A stretch of 64,000 bases of DNA from Malacoraja senta (lineage: Eukaryota): assembly GCA_038087875.1 (NCBI GenBank), contig CM075977.1, positions 320,478,001 through 320,542,000 on the forward strand. The letters run 5' to 3'. A program made the position numbers and the translations under genes. The notes below the pieces were generated by a model. That model had not been told where the DNA came from. It was given only the letters and a program-made list of their open reading frames with translations, and ran no database searches. How positions within the stretch are numbered: the first letter of the stretch is position 1; every line of letters begins with the position of its first letter. Shown here piece by piece: positions 11,436 through 23,494 of this stretch.

Positions 11436-12183
11436 TATAGAGGGAGAGAGAATCCAGAAATCGGAGGTGCAAAGGAACTTGGGAGTGCTGGTGCAGGACT
11501 CCCAAAAAGTTAATTTGCAAGTTGAATCGGTAGTAAGGAAGGCAAATTCAATGCCAGCATTTATATCAAGAGGACTGGAATAAAAAACAGAGATGTAATG
11601 CTGAGGCTCTACAAGGCGCTGATCAGGCCGCATTTGGAGTACTGTCAGCAAATTTGGACCCCATATCTGAGGAAGGATGTGCTGGGTCTGAAGAGAGTAC
11701 AGAAGATGTTTACAAAAATGAATCCAGGAATGAGTGGGTTAGCATATGATGAGCGTTTGAACATCACTGGGCCTGTACCCGCTGGAGTTGAGAAGGTTAA
11801 AGGGGGACCTCATTGAAACTTACAGAATAATGAAAGGCATACATAGAGTGGATGTGGAAAGGATGTTTCCTTTCTAGGACCAGAGGTCATAGTCTTTGAA
11901 TTAAAGGGCGCTCTTTTAGAAAGGAGATGAGGAGGAACTTCTTTAGTTAGAGGGTAGTTAATCTGTGGAACAACTTATTGCCACAGAGGGCTGTGGAGGC
12001 CAAGTCAGTGGCTATTTTTAAGGCAGAGATAGACAAATTCTTGATTAGAACAGGTGTCAAGGGTTATGGGGAGAAGGCAGGAAAATGGGATTAGGAGGCT
12101 GAGATCAGTCATGATTGAATGGCGGAGTAGACCCAATGGGCCGAATGACCTAATTCTACTCCTATAACATGAACTTGTGAACT
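11436..12183 (+). mobile_element. CR1 LINE 3' fragment
   Basis: LYKALIRPHLEYCQQIW, the CR1 3' UTR and a catgaacttgtgaac tail. Confidence 0.9.
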
Positions 12184-12467
12184 AGTTTTATATGATCAGA
12201 TTAACATCCAAATCACATGTGCTATAGCTGTTCCTCAAGTCTGCAGCAACCCTGGTTGAATCTTATATATTAATTGACATTCAAAGGAGAACCTAATCAT
12301 AGGAATGCTATAGGAAAGATGTTATTAAACTGGAGAGGGTGAAATAGAGATTTATGGTGCTCTTACTGGGTCATGAGGTTTGAGTTCTAAGGCGAACTAG
12401 ATAGACTAGGATTTTTTATCTGGGCAGGAAGAAAACCTTATAAGATTACTATCTAATTAGATTACTA

Positions 12468-13226
12468 ATAAGATTACTATCTAAATGGCGTCAAGTTGGG
12501 AAAAGGGGAAGTACAACGGGATCTGTGGGTCCTTGTACATCAGTCTATGAAAGTAAGCATGCAGGTACAGCAGGCAGTGAAGAAAGTGAATGGCATGTTG
12601 GCCTTTATAACAAGAGGGATTGAATATAGGAGCAAAGTGGTCCTTCTGCAATTGTACAGAGCCCTAGTGAGACCACACCTGGAGTATTGTGTGCAGTTTT
12701 GGCCCCCTAATTTGAGGAAGGACATTCTTGCTATTGAGGGATTGCAGCGTAGGTTTTCAAGGTAAATTCCCGGGATGGCGGGACTGTCATATGCTGAGAG
12801 AATGGAGCAGCTGGGCTTGTACACTCTGGAGTTTAGAAGGATGAGAGGATATCTCATTGAAACATATAAGATTGTTAAGGGCTTGGACACACTGGAGGCA
12901 GGAAACATGTTCCCGTTGTTGGGGGAGTCCAGAACCAGGGGCCACAGTTTAAGAATAAGGAGTAAGGCATTTAGAACGGCGACGAGGAAACACTTTTTCT
13001 CACAGAGAGTGGTGAGTCTGTGGATTCTCTGCGTCAGAGGGCGGTGGAGGCAGGTTCTCTGGATGCTTTCAAGAGAGAGCTAGATAGGGCTCTTAAAAAT
13101 AGCAGAGTCAGGGGATATGGGGAGAAGGCAGGAACCGGGGTACTGATTGAAGATGATCAGCCATGATCACATTGAATGGCGGTGGTGCTGGCTCAAAGGG
13201 CCAAATGGCCTGCTCCTCCACCTATT
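12468..13226 (+). mobile_element. CR1 LINE 3' fragment with (CTATTGT)n tail
   Basis: ORFs 12496-12765 and 12775-13083 encode the CR1 RT C-terminus; tail at 13221 and upstream/downstream ctattgt repeats. Confidence 0.92.
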
Positions 13227-13360
13227 GTCTATTGTCTATTGTCTATTTTCCCCAGGATAGGAGAGTCTAAAACTAGAGGGTGCATGTTTAAGGTGAGAGG
13301 TTTTCATTTTATCGTATCTCACCATACTGGTGCATATGACAATAAACTCAACTTGACTTG

Positions 13361-13552
13361 AAGAAACTTGCTGGTTTATAAAAGAAGACAAAGTGCTGGA
13401 GAAACTTCAGCAGGTCACGCAGCATCTGTGGAGAACATGGATAGTTGATTTTTCAAAGGATTTTGAAGAAGGATCCCAACACGAAATGTCACCTATCCAT
13501 GTTATCCAGAGATGCTGCCTAACCCACCGAGTTACTCCAGTACTTTGTGTCT
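13361..13552. mobile_element. Penelope-derived palindromic short element (degenerate hammerhead)
   Basis: Inverted arms (agacaaagtgctggag...ctccagtactttgtgtct) around ttgaagaaggatcccaacacgaaatgtc. Confidence 0.8.
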
Positions 13553-13700
13553 ATACTTGACTTGTCTTGACTTGAGGGGAAAGATTTAAAAGCGACCTGT
13601 GAACTGGTGATGATAGGGGTGATCAATAGCTGTCTAAGTTTTAATATAGTTGGAGGGCCACATTAAAGAAAGCATATTTTAAACCCCAACCTACTTTGAA

Positions 13701-13830
13701 TCTTGAAGAAGGGTCCCGAACCGAAACGTCGTCTGTTCATTTCCCTCCACACCCTCTGCTTGACCCATTGGGTTCCTCCAGCTGTTTGATTTTTGCTCAA
13801 GATTCCAACATCTGCAGTCTCTCATGCCTC
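13701..13830 (+). mobile_element. Penelope-derived short element (older)
   Basis: ttgaagaagggtcccgaaccgaaacgtc...catctgcagt. Confidence 0.75.
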
Positions 13831-13958
13831 CTTGTTTGCAACATTGCTTTTATGAACTACTGTTGATCTGCATATCTACTTGATTCTGCCTCAGCACAAA
13901 TCAGCCCCTGCTCCATGTTTGGCTTCCTGTCTGTACATGCTGAGTTTAGTTTGATAGT

Positions 13959-15252
13959 AGACAATATACAATAGACAATAGGTGCAGGAGTAGGCCATTC
14001 GGAACTTCGAGCCAGCACCGCCATTCAAACCTTTTCCTCATCTCTGTTCTAAATTGCCTACCCCTTATTCTTAAACTGTGGCCCCTGGTTCTGGACTCCC
14101 CCAACATCGGGAACATGTTTCCTGCCTCTAGCATGTCCAATCCCTTAATAATCTTATATGTTTCAATAAGATACCCTCTCATCCTTCTAAATTCCAGAGT
14201 AAAAAAGCCCAGCCGCTCAATTCTATCCACATATGACAGTCCCGCCATCCCAGGAATTAACCTCGTGAAACTACGCTGCACTCCCTCAATAGCAAGAATG
14301 TCCTTCCTCAAATTTGGAGACCAAAACTGCACACAATACTCCAGGTACGGTCTCACTGTACAACTGCAGAAGGACCTCTTTGCTCCTATACTCAACTCCT
14401 CTTGTTATGAAGGCCAACATGCCATTAACTTTCTTCACTGCCTGCTGTACCTGCATGCTTACTTTCAGTGAGTGATGAACAAGGAACCCCAGATCTCTTT
14501 GTACATCCCCTTTTCCCAACTTGACATAATTTAGATAGTAATCTGCCACCAAAGTGGATAACCTCACTTTTATCCACATTAAACTGCATCTGCCATGCAT
14601 CCGTCCACTCACCCAACCTGTCCAAGTCACCCTACATCCTCATAGCATCCTCCTCACAGTTCACACTGCCTCCCAGCTTTGTGTCATCTGCAAATTTACT
14701 AATGTTACTTTGAATCCCTTCATTTAAATCATTGATGTATATTGTAAATAGCTGCTGTCCCAGCACCGAGCCTTGCGGTACCCCACTAGTCACTGCCTGC
14801 CATTCTGAAAGGGACCCGGGTCAGTACCCTACCCCCAATACCATGTGCTCTAATTTTGCCCACTCCTATGTGGGACCTTATCAAATGCTTTCTGAAAGTC
14901 CAGGTACACTACATCCACGTATGACAGTCCCTCCATCCCAGGGCTGTCACTGGCGCTCCCTTGTCCATTTTCCTTGTTACATCCTCAAAAAAATTCCAGA
15001 AGATTAGTCAAGCATGATTTTCCATTCGTAAATCCATGCTGACTCGGACTGATCCTGTTACTGCTATCCAAATGTGCCGCTATTTCATCTTTTATAATTG
15101 ACTCCAGCATCTTCCCCACCACCGATGTCAGGCTAACTGGTCTATAATTCCTTGTTTTCTCTCTCCTGTCTTTCTTAAAAAGTGGGATAACATTAGCTAC
15201 CCTCCAATCCACAGGAACTGATCCTGAATCTATAGAACATTGGACAATGATC
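13959..15252 (-). mobile_element. CR1 LINE fragment with multiple internal deletions
   Basis: ORFs 14985-15254, 14286-14630 and 13946-14395 carry CR1 RT motifs; (CTATTGT)n tail. Confidence 0.92.
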
Positions 15253-15259
15253 ATTTACT

Positions 15260-15415
15260 TCGGTTTAGTTTAGTTTAGTTTAGTTTAAAGATACAGCGTG
15301 AAAACAGGCCCTTCGGCCCAAGTCCGCACCAAGCAATTACCACTATTATAGTCAGGATCAAACCCGAGTCTCTGGCTCTGTGAGGCAGCAACTCTACTGC
15401 TGTGCGACTATGTAT
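15260..15415 (-). mobile_element. HE1-type SINE, internally deleted
   Basis: (GTTTA)n tail, gatacagcgtgaaaacaggcccttcggccc, and the tRNA-like head at the right end. Confidence 0.8.
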
Positions 15416-16029
15416 CCCTGAAGGTAATAACAAATTCCATCATAGGGGCTGGGGGCCAATTATATCATGCCAGTATGGCAGGTGATACTCTTGCAGCTTA
15501 AAATGAGGATGAGTTTCCTTCTTGGTAAACTAGAGAGTTTTTACTCAGAAAGTAAGCACGAAATGGACATTGTTCATTTCTGGCTTTAGTAGAATAGGAC
15601 TTAATCTCCAAATGTTCTGACAAAACGGCAACTTTACAACAAGATGTAAAGTTGTCCTTTCCCCTATCGATGATGTCTCGAACCTAGGCTCACAGTCTCC
15701 AAACAAGTGCCTGGCCTTCGCACCGAGTATAAAATGGTGACCGTATTTATTCCTATTGCAAGAGGCACTATATTTCCCATGAACTTCTTTGTCTGTAAAG
15801 TTCTTTGTACTATGGCGTTGTATTGATGAACAGTGATTAAAAATTAGAAATTATAATTGTTTCAATAGCTGAAAGCTTTTTACCAATTATGAATCTGCAG
15901 AATCAGAAGAACAGAAATGTGTGAGACAGCATAAAATACTGGGGCAATTTCGCAAGTGGGAAAGAAAGAAATTATGAGGTCAAAAAATTCTTAATCAATG
16001 TGCCGGGAAGATGCAGAAGCAATGTTTGA

Positions 16030-16163
16030 GTCTGAAAAAAGGGTCTCATCCCAAAACATCGCCTATTCCTTTTTTCCAGAGATACTGCCTGACCCACTGA
16101 GTTACTCTAGCTATTTGTGTCTATCTGTGGTTTAAACCAGCATCTGTAGTTCCTTCTTACACA
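16030..16163 (+). mobile_element. Penelope-derived short element
   Basis: Degenerate hammerhead gtctgaaaaaagggtctcatcccaaaacatc plus the full 3' arm ending cttcttacac. Confidence 0.82.
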
Positions 16164-17547
16164 TTAAGCAGTGTTTAGCTGGATACTGAGAGCAGAATTC
16201 TGGGTGAGCTTTCTGTGCTATTTCTTTGGCAGATATTAAATGCTTATCTGAGTGGGGGTGTGGTTGGGACACAGGTTATATAACCAATAAGAATATTCTA
16301 TTCAAAGGCACTATGTTTCCTTCCCCTTCCATTTGTCATGGTCCCAAAATGCTTGAAATTTAAACCTGCTTATGTGTCACAATGCAAATAAGGATTTTAA
16401 GAGAGGCCTCTTATTTTTCTTACATTATCAAATTTCTGATCCAAATGGTTTGATCAGAAGCAATAAACTGGATTCTGATTGGATAGTGCAAGTTTACAGT
16501 AAACTTTAATTCATTTTGACCTCATGTTTAACCCTTCTTCAGGTAGCTTCTGTAAAACTGAAGGCGGGAACAATCTGTACCTGGGTTTTCTAATTCGCTT
16601 ACGTCGACAGGTCAAAACCAAGGAAAGTACTGGGAAGGCATTATTTTTGCAAGTTCATTTTTTTTTCCATCCCAGCAATTTCTTAGCACTTGATTAATAA
16701 AAAAGAAGGAAAAAAATCTGCCACCTGTTTCTGCCACCTGTTCACAACCAGTGTGATGTTATGAATACATCAAAAAGGTCATGGGTCCCTCCTAGCGACG
16801 TACCTTGCTGGTTTTAGTGCTTTGCCTCAGGTAAGTGAGATCAGCAATTCTCTCTTGGAAATACTTGTCAGTCAAGTTAAGGTAACACGTCACCAGGCTC
16901 TTTTAAGAATTCAGCTAAAGCGAGTTCCGACGGTATTCAAGGTAAGATGTGCTTACATTTTATATATAATTACCGTAAGTTAGCTAGATATTAAACAATT
17001 GACTGGACCTAGACGGTTCCTTCAAGAATTCTCAGTATGTTAGTGCCAGCAGGTGCATTCTGAAACATGCCTTTTTTCCCTTGCGTTTTAGTTAAGTCTG
17101 CCTGCATTCTCCCCCACAGCACACCCCGGTGTAACTCCCGATTTCTCTCGCTGTGACAGGTTGTCTTTGCCATTCTGGGTCACCATGATTAATAAACTCT
17201 TGATGCTCGCAGTTTCTTGCTCAACTGACCTTTTTTCTGATCGGTGTAAGCATGAGAAAAGGTAGATATCTGTGCTTCTACCTCAACTGGAATGTTCGGC
17301 TGGCCTTAAGCCAATAAGGACTCAGTGAACAGGATAAAATTACAATTTAGATTTACGGGAAGTTGCCAGTGTTGCAGCAAAATTCTGGTTTGGTGACTTT
17401 AGGGGCAGGGCATTGCGAAACAAAAACTTAACTTGTTTGAGAAGAAAGGAAACCAGAAGAACAAAAGGGAGAGTCTAAACAAATTATGAGTTAAAACTCA
17501 CAATCTTAGTTTGGGCTACAAAACCCTGGCAGCTTTTTGCTGAACAG

Positions 17548-17557
17548 CCATAAATGG
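17548..17557. promoter_or_regulatory. Perfect CArG box (candidate SRF site)
   Basis: CCATAAATGG = CC(A/T)6GG in a repeat-free region; function unverified. Confidence 0.35.
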
Positions 17558-18975
17558 GCCGAAAACAAGCTTTAAGAGAATAATGCCTCACACTTTAAGA
17601 CTGGCTAGGAATTTCTCCTCAGAGTGCTGGAGCTTCTGAGCTGCTATTTAGCCCCCGTGGAATGTGCAGCTTAGGTCAGTGAGAGTCAGGTATTTTAGAT
17701 TAACTGGGTTTAATTGTGAGTTTCCCAAAGCTCGGTTACACTTTTGATGGACTGAGAGTTGTTTCGAAAAAGCTTACACGAGCGAAGAAAGAAGACAGAA
17801 AGGTTTAACTGCAGTAAATAGCAATAGAGGGAGTTTCTGGGCACTCCTTGCCGAGATAAAACAAGAAAATGTGGGTATGCTGGCAGACTCTTTGCACTAC
17901 ATACTAAATGACGATGAAGAAACAAGCAATTGCCATCTGAGGTTCCAAATCTAAAAGGAGGTAGGTCAAGATTCTCATTTATTGTTCCTCTTCTTTATGT
18001 TTTTTTTCTCAGTCATCAATGTCTGAGTTTATTTCACAAATAACCTTCGCTATTTAAAATTCACTCGATTAAAAACCTGGTTATAAGTATGGGAAACTAT
18101 AACAATAGAAAGGTTTGTGTGAATGGAAAACTATTTTCAAAGTTAATCTTTGGCTTAAATAATAGGTTGTTTTCAAGAATTCACAAGCAACTGCTGTGAT
18201 TCAGAGTTTCATATATCGTTAAACGAGTCTATATTGTGAAGGTGCCAAGTAAGCAGGGGAAAGGTTAGGTCAAATCAAGGCTGGTTGAAGATAAAAGTGA
18301 AAATCAGGCTCTGCTGAGGAAAATCTTAAGGGTTTTTGTGAAAATAATCATGATCCTGTTTTTAATCATAGATAACTGTGGTCAATCTAGAAATCAAGTA
18401 CCCAAATATAAATAATCAATTAAGCAAGGTTACTTACAAAAGGCCCTGAAAGATAGCTTTGGCATTATATGGTTTGTTAGAAGAATTTAAAAGGCATTTC
18501 AGGACCAAGAGCTGATTGCCCCAGCAATCTATGAAGAGCATGTTGAGGCATCGCAGTTCTTTGCAATTTATCACAACAAAATAAGTGTACTCTGTAAGTA
18601 ATAGTGTATGTAAACTGTTTAATAAACAAACACTTCATCCTGAACCCATCAATTCAACCTTACTTTAAATGAACAGTACAGCGTAACGAGAGAGTAAAAA
18701 AAGTTTGAGAAAAATAAACCAAACAGAAAAGGCTGAAAATAGGATCCCTTCATTGATCACAGAAATTATTAACACTGCGGTCTAACCTAACATTCCAGGT
18801 GAGACAATTATCAGGACTGCAAATAGCAGTTTTGAGCAGAGTTTTTATTCTGTACGGAATCTAAATACATAACTTCCATCATATTTTTCAATCCTATTAC
18901 TGTAAGCTGCGGCCTGATTTTTATATTTCATTTTAAACCATTACCTTTGCCACCATCACCCAGCTGTGAACCTTA

Positions 18976-20008
18976 AGGGCCTGTCCCACTGCAGGGACCT
19001 AATTTGCGAGTTTAGAAGAGTTTAGGAGAGTCAAGGAGAGTGTCATGGTCTTGTTGTATCGCCGAAGTTGAACACCTCCTACGACCTCCTTCGACCATGT
19101 AGAGAACCTCCTACGAATATATAGAAGACCTCCTACGACCATGTAGAAGACCTCCTTCAATCTCCTTCGACCTCCTTTGACTATGTTGAAGACTAGCTTC
19201 GACTATCTACGATTTACTCGCCGATGCTCTTTGGAAAATTGGACACCGAATAGTGGAGAGTGAAGACGACCACCTTAGACTACCTTTGACTATACTAACA
19301 CTATCTACGACTACTTTCGACTACCTTCGATTGCCTTCGATTGCCTTCGATTACCTACGAATAATATGCCGACCTACTACGACCTACTTCGACTAAACCT
19401 ACGAGTACAAAAATATTGATTTTTTCCATGCCGACCAATTTTTACTCATGGACAATTTTTCAGCATGCTAAAAAATACTCCTCGACCAAACTGAGGCCGT
19501 GAGTATGCGGGAACTTCTCTCGAGCATGAAGGAGAGTAAAGCCCCTGTCCCTAAACAGCAACCTCTGGTGACCTTGCCCGCCACCCAAAAAAAATCAAGG
19601 TCGAGGTGACCTGTAACCTCCTACCACCTCCCACGCATATGTTGAAAACCTTCCTCGACTATGAAGAAAACCGGCTTCGACTAGACCTGCGACTAAAAAA
19701 TGATCGATTTTTAAAACGGCAACCTATTTTTAGTCGAGGCCGGTTTTAATCATGATGAAAACATAGCAGCAACTTAGATGAAGCCTCGACCACGCGGAAA
19801 CCACTTTCGACCATTAGGGAGAGTGACCAAAACCTCCGGTGACCTCATGGAAACCTTGGGTGGCGGGCAAGGTCATGAGGTTGCTGTTTAGGTCTCCTAA
19901 GTGGGACAGGGGCTTTACATAGACCTCCTAGGACCACGTGTCGACCATGCTGTGAGTTTGAGTCGAGCGCAAACTCTTCTAAACTCGCAAAATACGTCCC
20001 CTCAAGTG
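18976..20008 (+). mobile_element. PIF/Harbinger-type MITE (right terminal inverted repeat eroded) containing a nested MITE
   Basis: TTA followed by AGGGCCTGTCCCACT. The right subterminal aaactcttctaaactcgcaa is inverse to the left. Internal GACCTCCTTCGAC-type repeats. Confidence 0.85.
19540..19914. mobile_element. Nested PIF/Harbinger-type MITE
   Basis: AGCCCCTGTCCC...GGGACAGGGGCT with ~45-60 bp inverted ends, flanked by TAA (19537-19539) and TTA (19915-19917). The empty site ggagagTTAcaaagacc is seen in the copy at ~20517-20533. Confidence 0.9.
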
Positions 20009-20030
20009 CAGTTCGGTCACTGAAGACTTA

Positions 20031-20615
20031 AGGGGCTGTCCCACTGCGGCGACCTAATTCCCGAGTTTAGAAAAGTTTAGGATAGTTTGAAAAAATGTCA
20101 TGTTGAAGACCTCCTTCGACTATGTTGAAGACCTCCTTCTACCTCCTTCGACAATGTTGAAGACTAGCTTCGACTAGCTTTGGGAAAATTGGACACCGAA
20201 TACTGGAGAGTGAAGACGACCTCCTTCGATCGACCTCCTTCGATCTTTCGACCTCCCTTCGACCTCCCTTCGACTATGTTGAAGACTATCTACGACTACC
20301 TTCGACTCCCTTCGATTACCTTTAACTACCCTCGCTTACCTATGAATAACATGCCGACCTACTACGACCTACTTCGACTAAACCTACGAGTAAAAAAAGT
20401 ATAGATTTTTTTCCATGGCAACCTTTTTTTACTCGCGGGCATTTTTCAACATGTTGAAAAATACGCTGCGACCTAGCTGAGGCCTCGAGTACGCGGGGAC
20501 TACTCTCGAGCATGAAGGAGAGTTACAAAGACCTCCTAGGACCTCGTGTCGACCATGCTGCGAGTATGAGTCAAGGGTAAGTCGCAGATTAGGTCGCCGC
20601 AGTGGGACAGCCCCT
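20031..20615 (+). mobile_element. PIF/Harbinger-type MITE, complete
   Basis: Terminal inverted repeats AGGGGCTGTCCCACTGCGGCGACCTAAT/ATTAGGTCGCCGCAGTGGGACAGCCCCT; TTA TSD at 20028-20030 and 20616-20618. Confidence 0.92.
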
Positions 20616-21224
20616 TTAAGCTCCGCTGGAACTTGAAATCCAAACCAAGAGGTACAACTTAAATGGGGAGCGTTTTGGTAAAACTCTGTACTCTGAAGAT
20701 TTTGTCGGGCATGCTCTAACAAATGGTTCAAATGCTTGCATTTTGCTGAAAATATTTGCCATTAATGAAATTAAAGGAACACATAAACTGCAACCACACA
20801 ATTCGATAGAATACCAATGGTGAAATTAATTATTATTTTTGGCATCACAACACACCTAAAATAATGACCCATGATTAGAAGAAGCGAGACCAAATCCTTC
20901 CTTAAAGGCCATTTTCTCTTTTCCTGATCCACAAGGAGCCCAGCTGAACATTGTAGAGTTGGCGCCTTCTTTCACAACCGCTGGGAAACCCATCTAGCAG
21001 CAGGTGCATTTTAAGTTGAACTCCCAATTGTATTCAAATATCTGTGTGTCTCACACAACACGACAGCTCAGGAACCTCAACATCCACGGCTATAGAAAGA
21101 CAAGATTTCTTGTGGACATATTGGGAAAACACTCCGTGTATTTAATCATTTAACAACACCCAAAATAAATTGAAATCTCTCTTGCCTTTCAGGAGGATTA
21201 GAGGGTTAATTAGAGGGCTGTTGA

Positions 21225-21452
21225 GTAGTTGCTCTACTCAACAGCCAAAAATATGTAGCCTCCCTTTGATCTGGTATTTTGTTGGTTCACATGCTTGATC
21301 AATGGTGTTTTATCATTAATGTCTTATTATTAATGTTTAGTGTTTTCTGAGTCATTCGTAACTGTGTCATGTTGTGTTGTTACTTGTGGGCGGAGCACCA
21401 AGGCAAATTCCTTGTATGTGAATACTTGGCCAATAAACTTACTTACTTACTT
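21225..21452 (+). mobile_element. Rex1/Babar-like LINE 3' UTR
   Basis: caaattccttgtatgtgaatacttggccaataaa followed by a (CTTA)n tail. Confidence 0.65.
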
Positions 21453-21585
21453 ATTTAGTTTAGTTTGGTTTAGAGAAACAAGCCATTTGGCCCACCGAGT
21501 CCACACCGACCAGCGATCCCCACACATTAACGCGACCCTACACAAACTAGGGACAATTTCCATTTATACCAAGCCAATTAACCAA
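21453..21585 (-). mobile_element. HE1-type SINE 3' half
   Basis: (GTTTA)n tail, ggcccaccgagtccacaccgaccagcgatcccc. Confidence 0.82.
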
Positions 21586-22357
21586 TTAATAACGAGGCTT
21601 ATAGTCTTTAATTTTCTTATGCAGATTACATTATTTAATTTAACTTTTTCTTATACATTTTGCAATGGTATAACATTTCCCAATCATCCCCAATCAAAAC
21701 ATTGATTAATGTGGCAGAAAGTGGAAGCCAGTAGCAGAGAAAATACTAATATACAAATACTAATATGAATAAATACTGACAATAATAATATATCAAAAGT
21801 ATTACTTTCCGTGCAGTTAATATCTGAGTTCATCTAATTCATTACGAGCATTGTAAACCAATATGTTAGTTGGCTAAAGTACATCAACTTGTGTTCAGGC
21901 CTTAAATTGGGAGGACATCGTCTTCCTCTGGAAGAATACTTTAAAATGCAACACAGAAAAAATAATTTGATGTACTACATTACCTTTTGATATTTAATAT
22001 CTTGTTTACTTGCTCAATGCAAAAAAATAACAAAAACTTAATATACATTTTATAATCTTAGGAAATGCTTAGATTCGAGAAAAAGTGGCATGTAAAATGA
22101 AACTTTTTAAAATCCTGCAGCTTGATACAATATTTCTAGAAAAATGTCCTACTTTTATTAAATGATGGCCTCCACTTTTGCCTCTCTCACCTGCAGCAAG
22201 CTCCCACTGTCTAAAATATATGGTATCAAAATATGGAACCTGTCATCAAAGAAGTAGAGATTACAGGATAGAAATGATCATTCACAAGTATAGTTCACAA
22301 ATATCTTTTTTTCAAGAGTTAAGAGGGAAAAAAATCAATCCACATTCATATGTTTGT

Positions 22358-22625
22358 AAGTTCATAGGTGATAGGAGCAGAATTAGGCCATTCAGCCCAT
22401 CACGTCTACTCCGCCATTCAATCATGGCTGATCGATCTCTCCCTCCTAACCCCATTCTCCTGCCTTCTCCCCATAACCTGACACCCATACTAATCACAAA
22501 TCTATTTATGTCTGCCTTAAAAATATCCTTTGACTTCTGTGGGAATACATTTCACAGATTCACCACCCTCTGACTAAAGAAATACCTCCTCCCTAAAGGA
22601 ACATTCTTTCATTCTGAGGTCTGGT
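22358..22625 (-). mobile_element. CR1 3' end
   Basis: ataggagcagaattaggccattcagccc...cacagattcaccaccctctg. Confidence 0.85.
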
Positions 22626-22913
22626 CATAGCTTAATCAAAGTAGTTATTTCTGAATCATTGAAATCTTGTGGATTCATGAGGTAATAGAAACATATTATT
22701 GACAAACTTTAACTTGTGATCTCCAAGCTGCTGCCAGGAGAGCAGAAATGGAAAGAAAATGTCTGTTGAGACACATTTATCACCTGTGTATATGGTGCAT
22801 GGCAGGTTAAGCTGTGTCCAGAAACAAATAATCTGTTGATGCTGTAGAATTTGATTTGCAGAGATATTATAAAACAAAAGCAAACAATGAAGTCCAACTA
22901 TGATTCTTTATAA

Positions 22914-23033
22914 TGTGTAGGAAGGAACAGCGGATGCTGGTCTGATGAAGGGTCTCGACCTGAAACATCACCCATTCCTTCTCTCTTCAGATGCTGCCTG
23001 TCACGCTGAGTTACTCCAGCATTTTGTGTCTAT
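22914..23033 (+). mobile_element. Penelope-derived short element with near-intact hammerhead and TSD
   Basis: ggt-CTGATGA-a-gggtc-tc-gacct-GAAA-catc-acc at 22939-22972. The flank atgattctttataa recurs as atgatctttataa. Confidence 0.85.
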
Positions 23034-23494
23034 CATGATCTTTATAAGATGAGTTGAGATAATTTCTGGTTCCAATGTATGCCATTTGCCAGGTAGTGTA
23101 CAGAAAACCAACCATTAAATCATTTGGAGGATTGTTAGTAGAGCAGCTAATGTAGAGCTAGTGAACTGATAGGGCAATTGCATAAGTTTTTATGCAAATA
23201 CTGTCACGCAGAGTCAGTCAATTCTATTGGACGGATACTAATTTAGATTACTTTTTACTGCAAGCCGATCTGTGGTAAGTGGCTTCCGTCACTGCTCCCC
23301 TGCATTTATTTAAGAATAACACGTGTGAGTCTTGCCATTTCATGGAATACTGGCAGGTGAACGTGAATATTTTGCATAAATAAGGCGTCAGACACTTCTA
23401 TGAAAATGATGTTCCAGCATTTAAATGGGGATCAATGTGAATGAAATTTTTTACGTTATTTGTCATTTTGACATTTAGAATTTAGATATTCCAC

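Larger units (their letters stand above)
12305..13600 (+). mobile_element. Old CR1 fragment hosting nested insertions
   Basis: gctataggaaagatgttattaaactggagagggtg at ~12307, resumed at 13226 (ttttccccaggataggagagtctaaaactagagg) and again at ~13575 (ggggaaaagatttaaaagcgacctg). Confidence 0.6.

Noticed and set aside
10922-11520. ORFs spanning N runs (also 26521-27189)
   Set aside because: These are artefacts of translating through assembly gaps.
17748-17953. ~68-codon open frame without an early ATG
   Set aside because: No recognisable homology, and it ends in a stop just before the donor; the length is within chance expectation.
19070-20400. Short repeated GACCTCCTTCGAC motifs that could suggest a CRISPR or satellite array
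   Set aside because: Spacing is irregular, there are no unique spacers or cas genes, the context is eukaryotic, and the motifs lie inside TIR-bounded MITEs.
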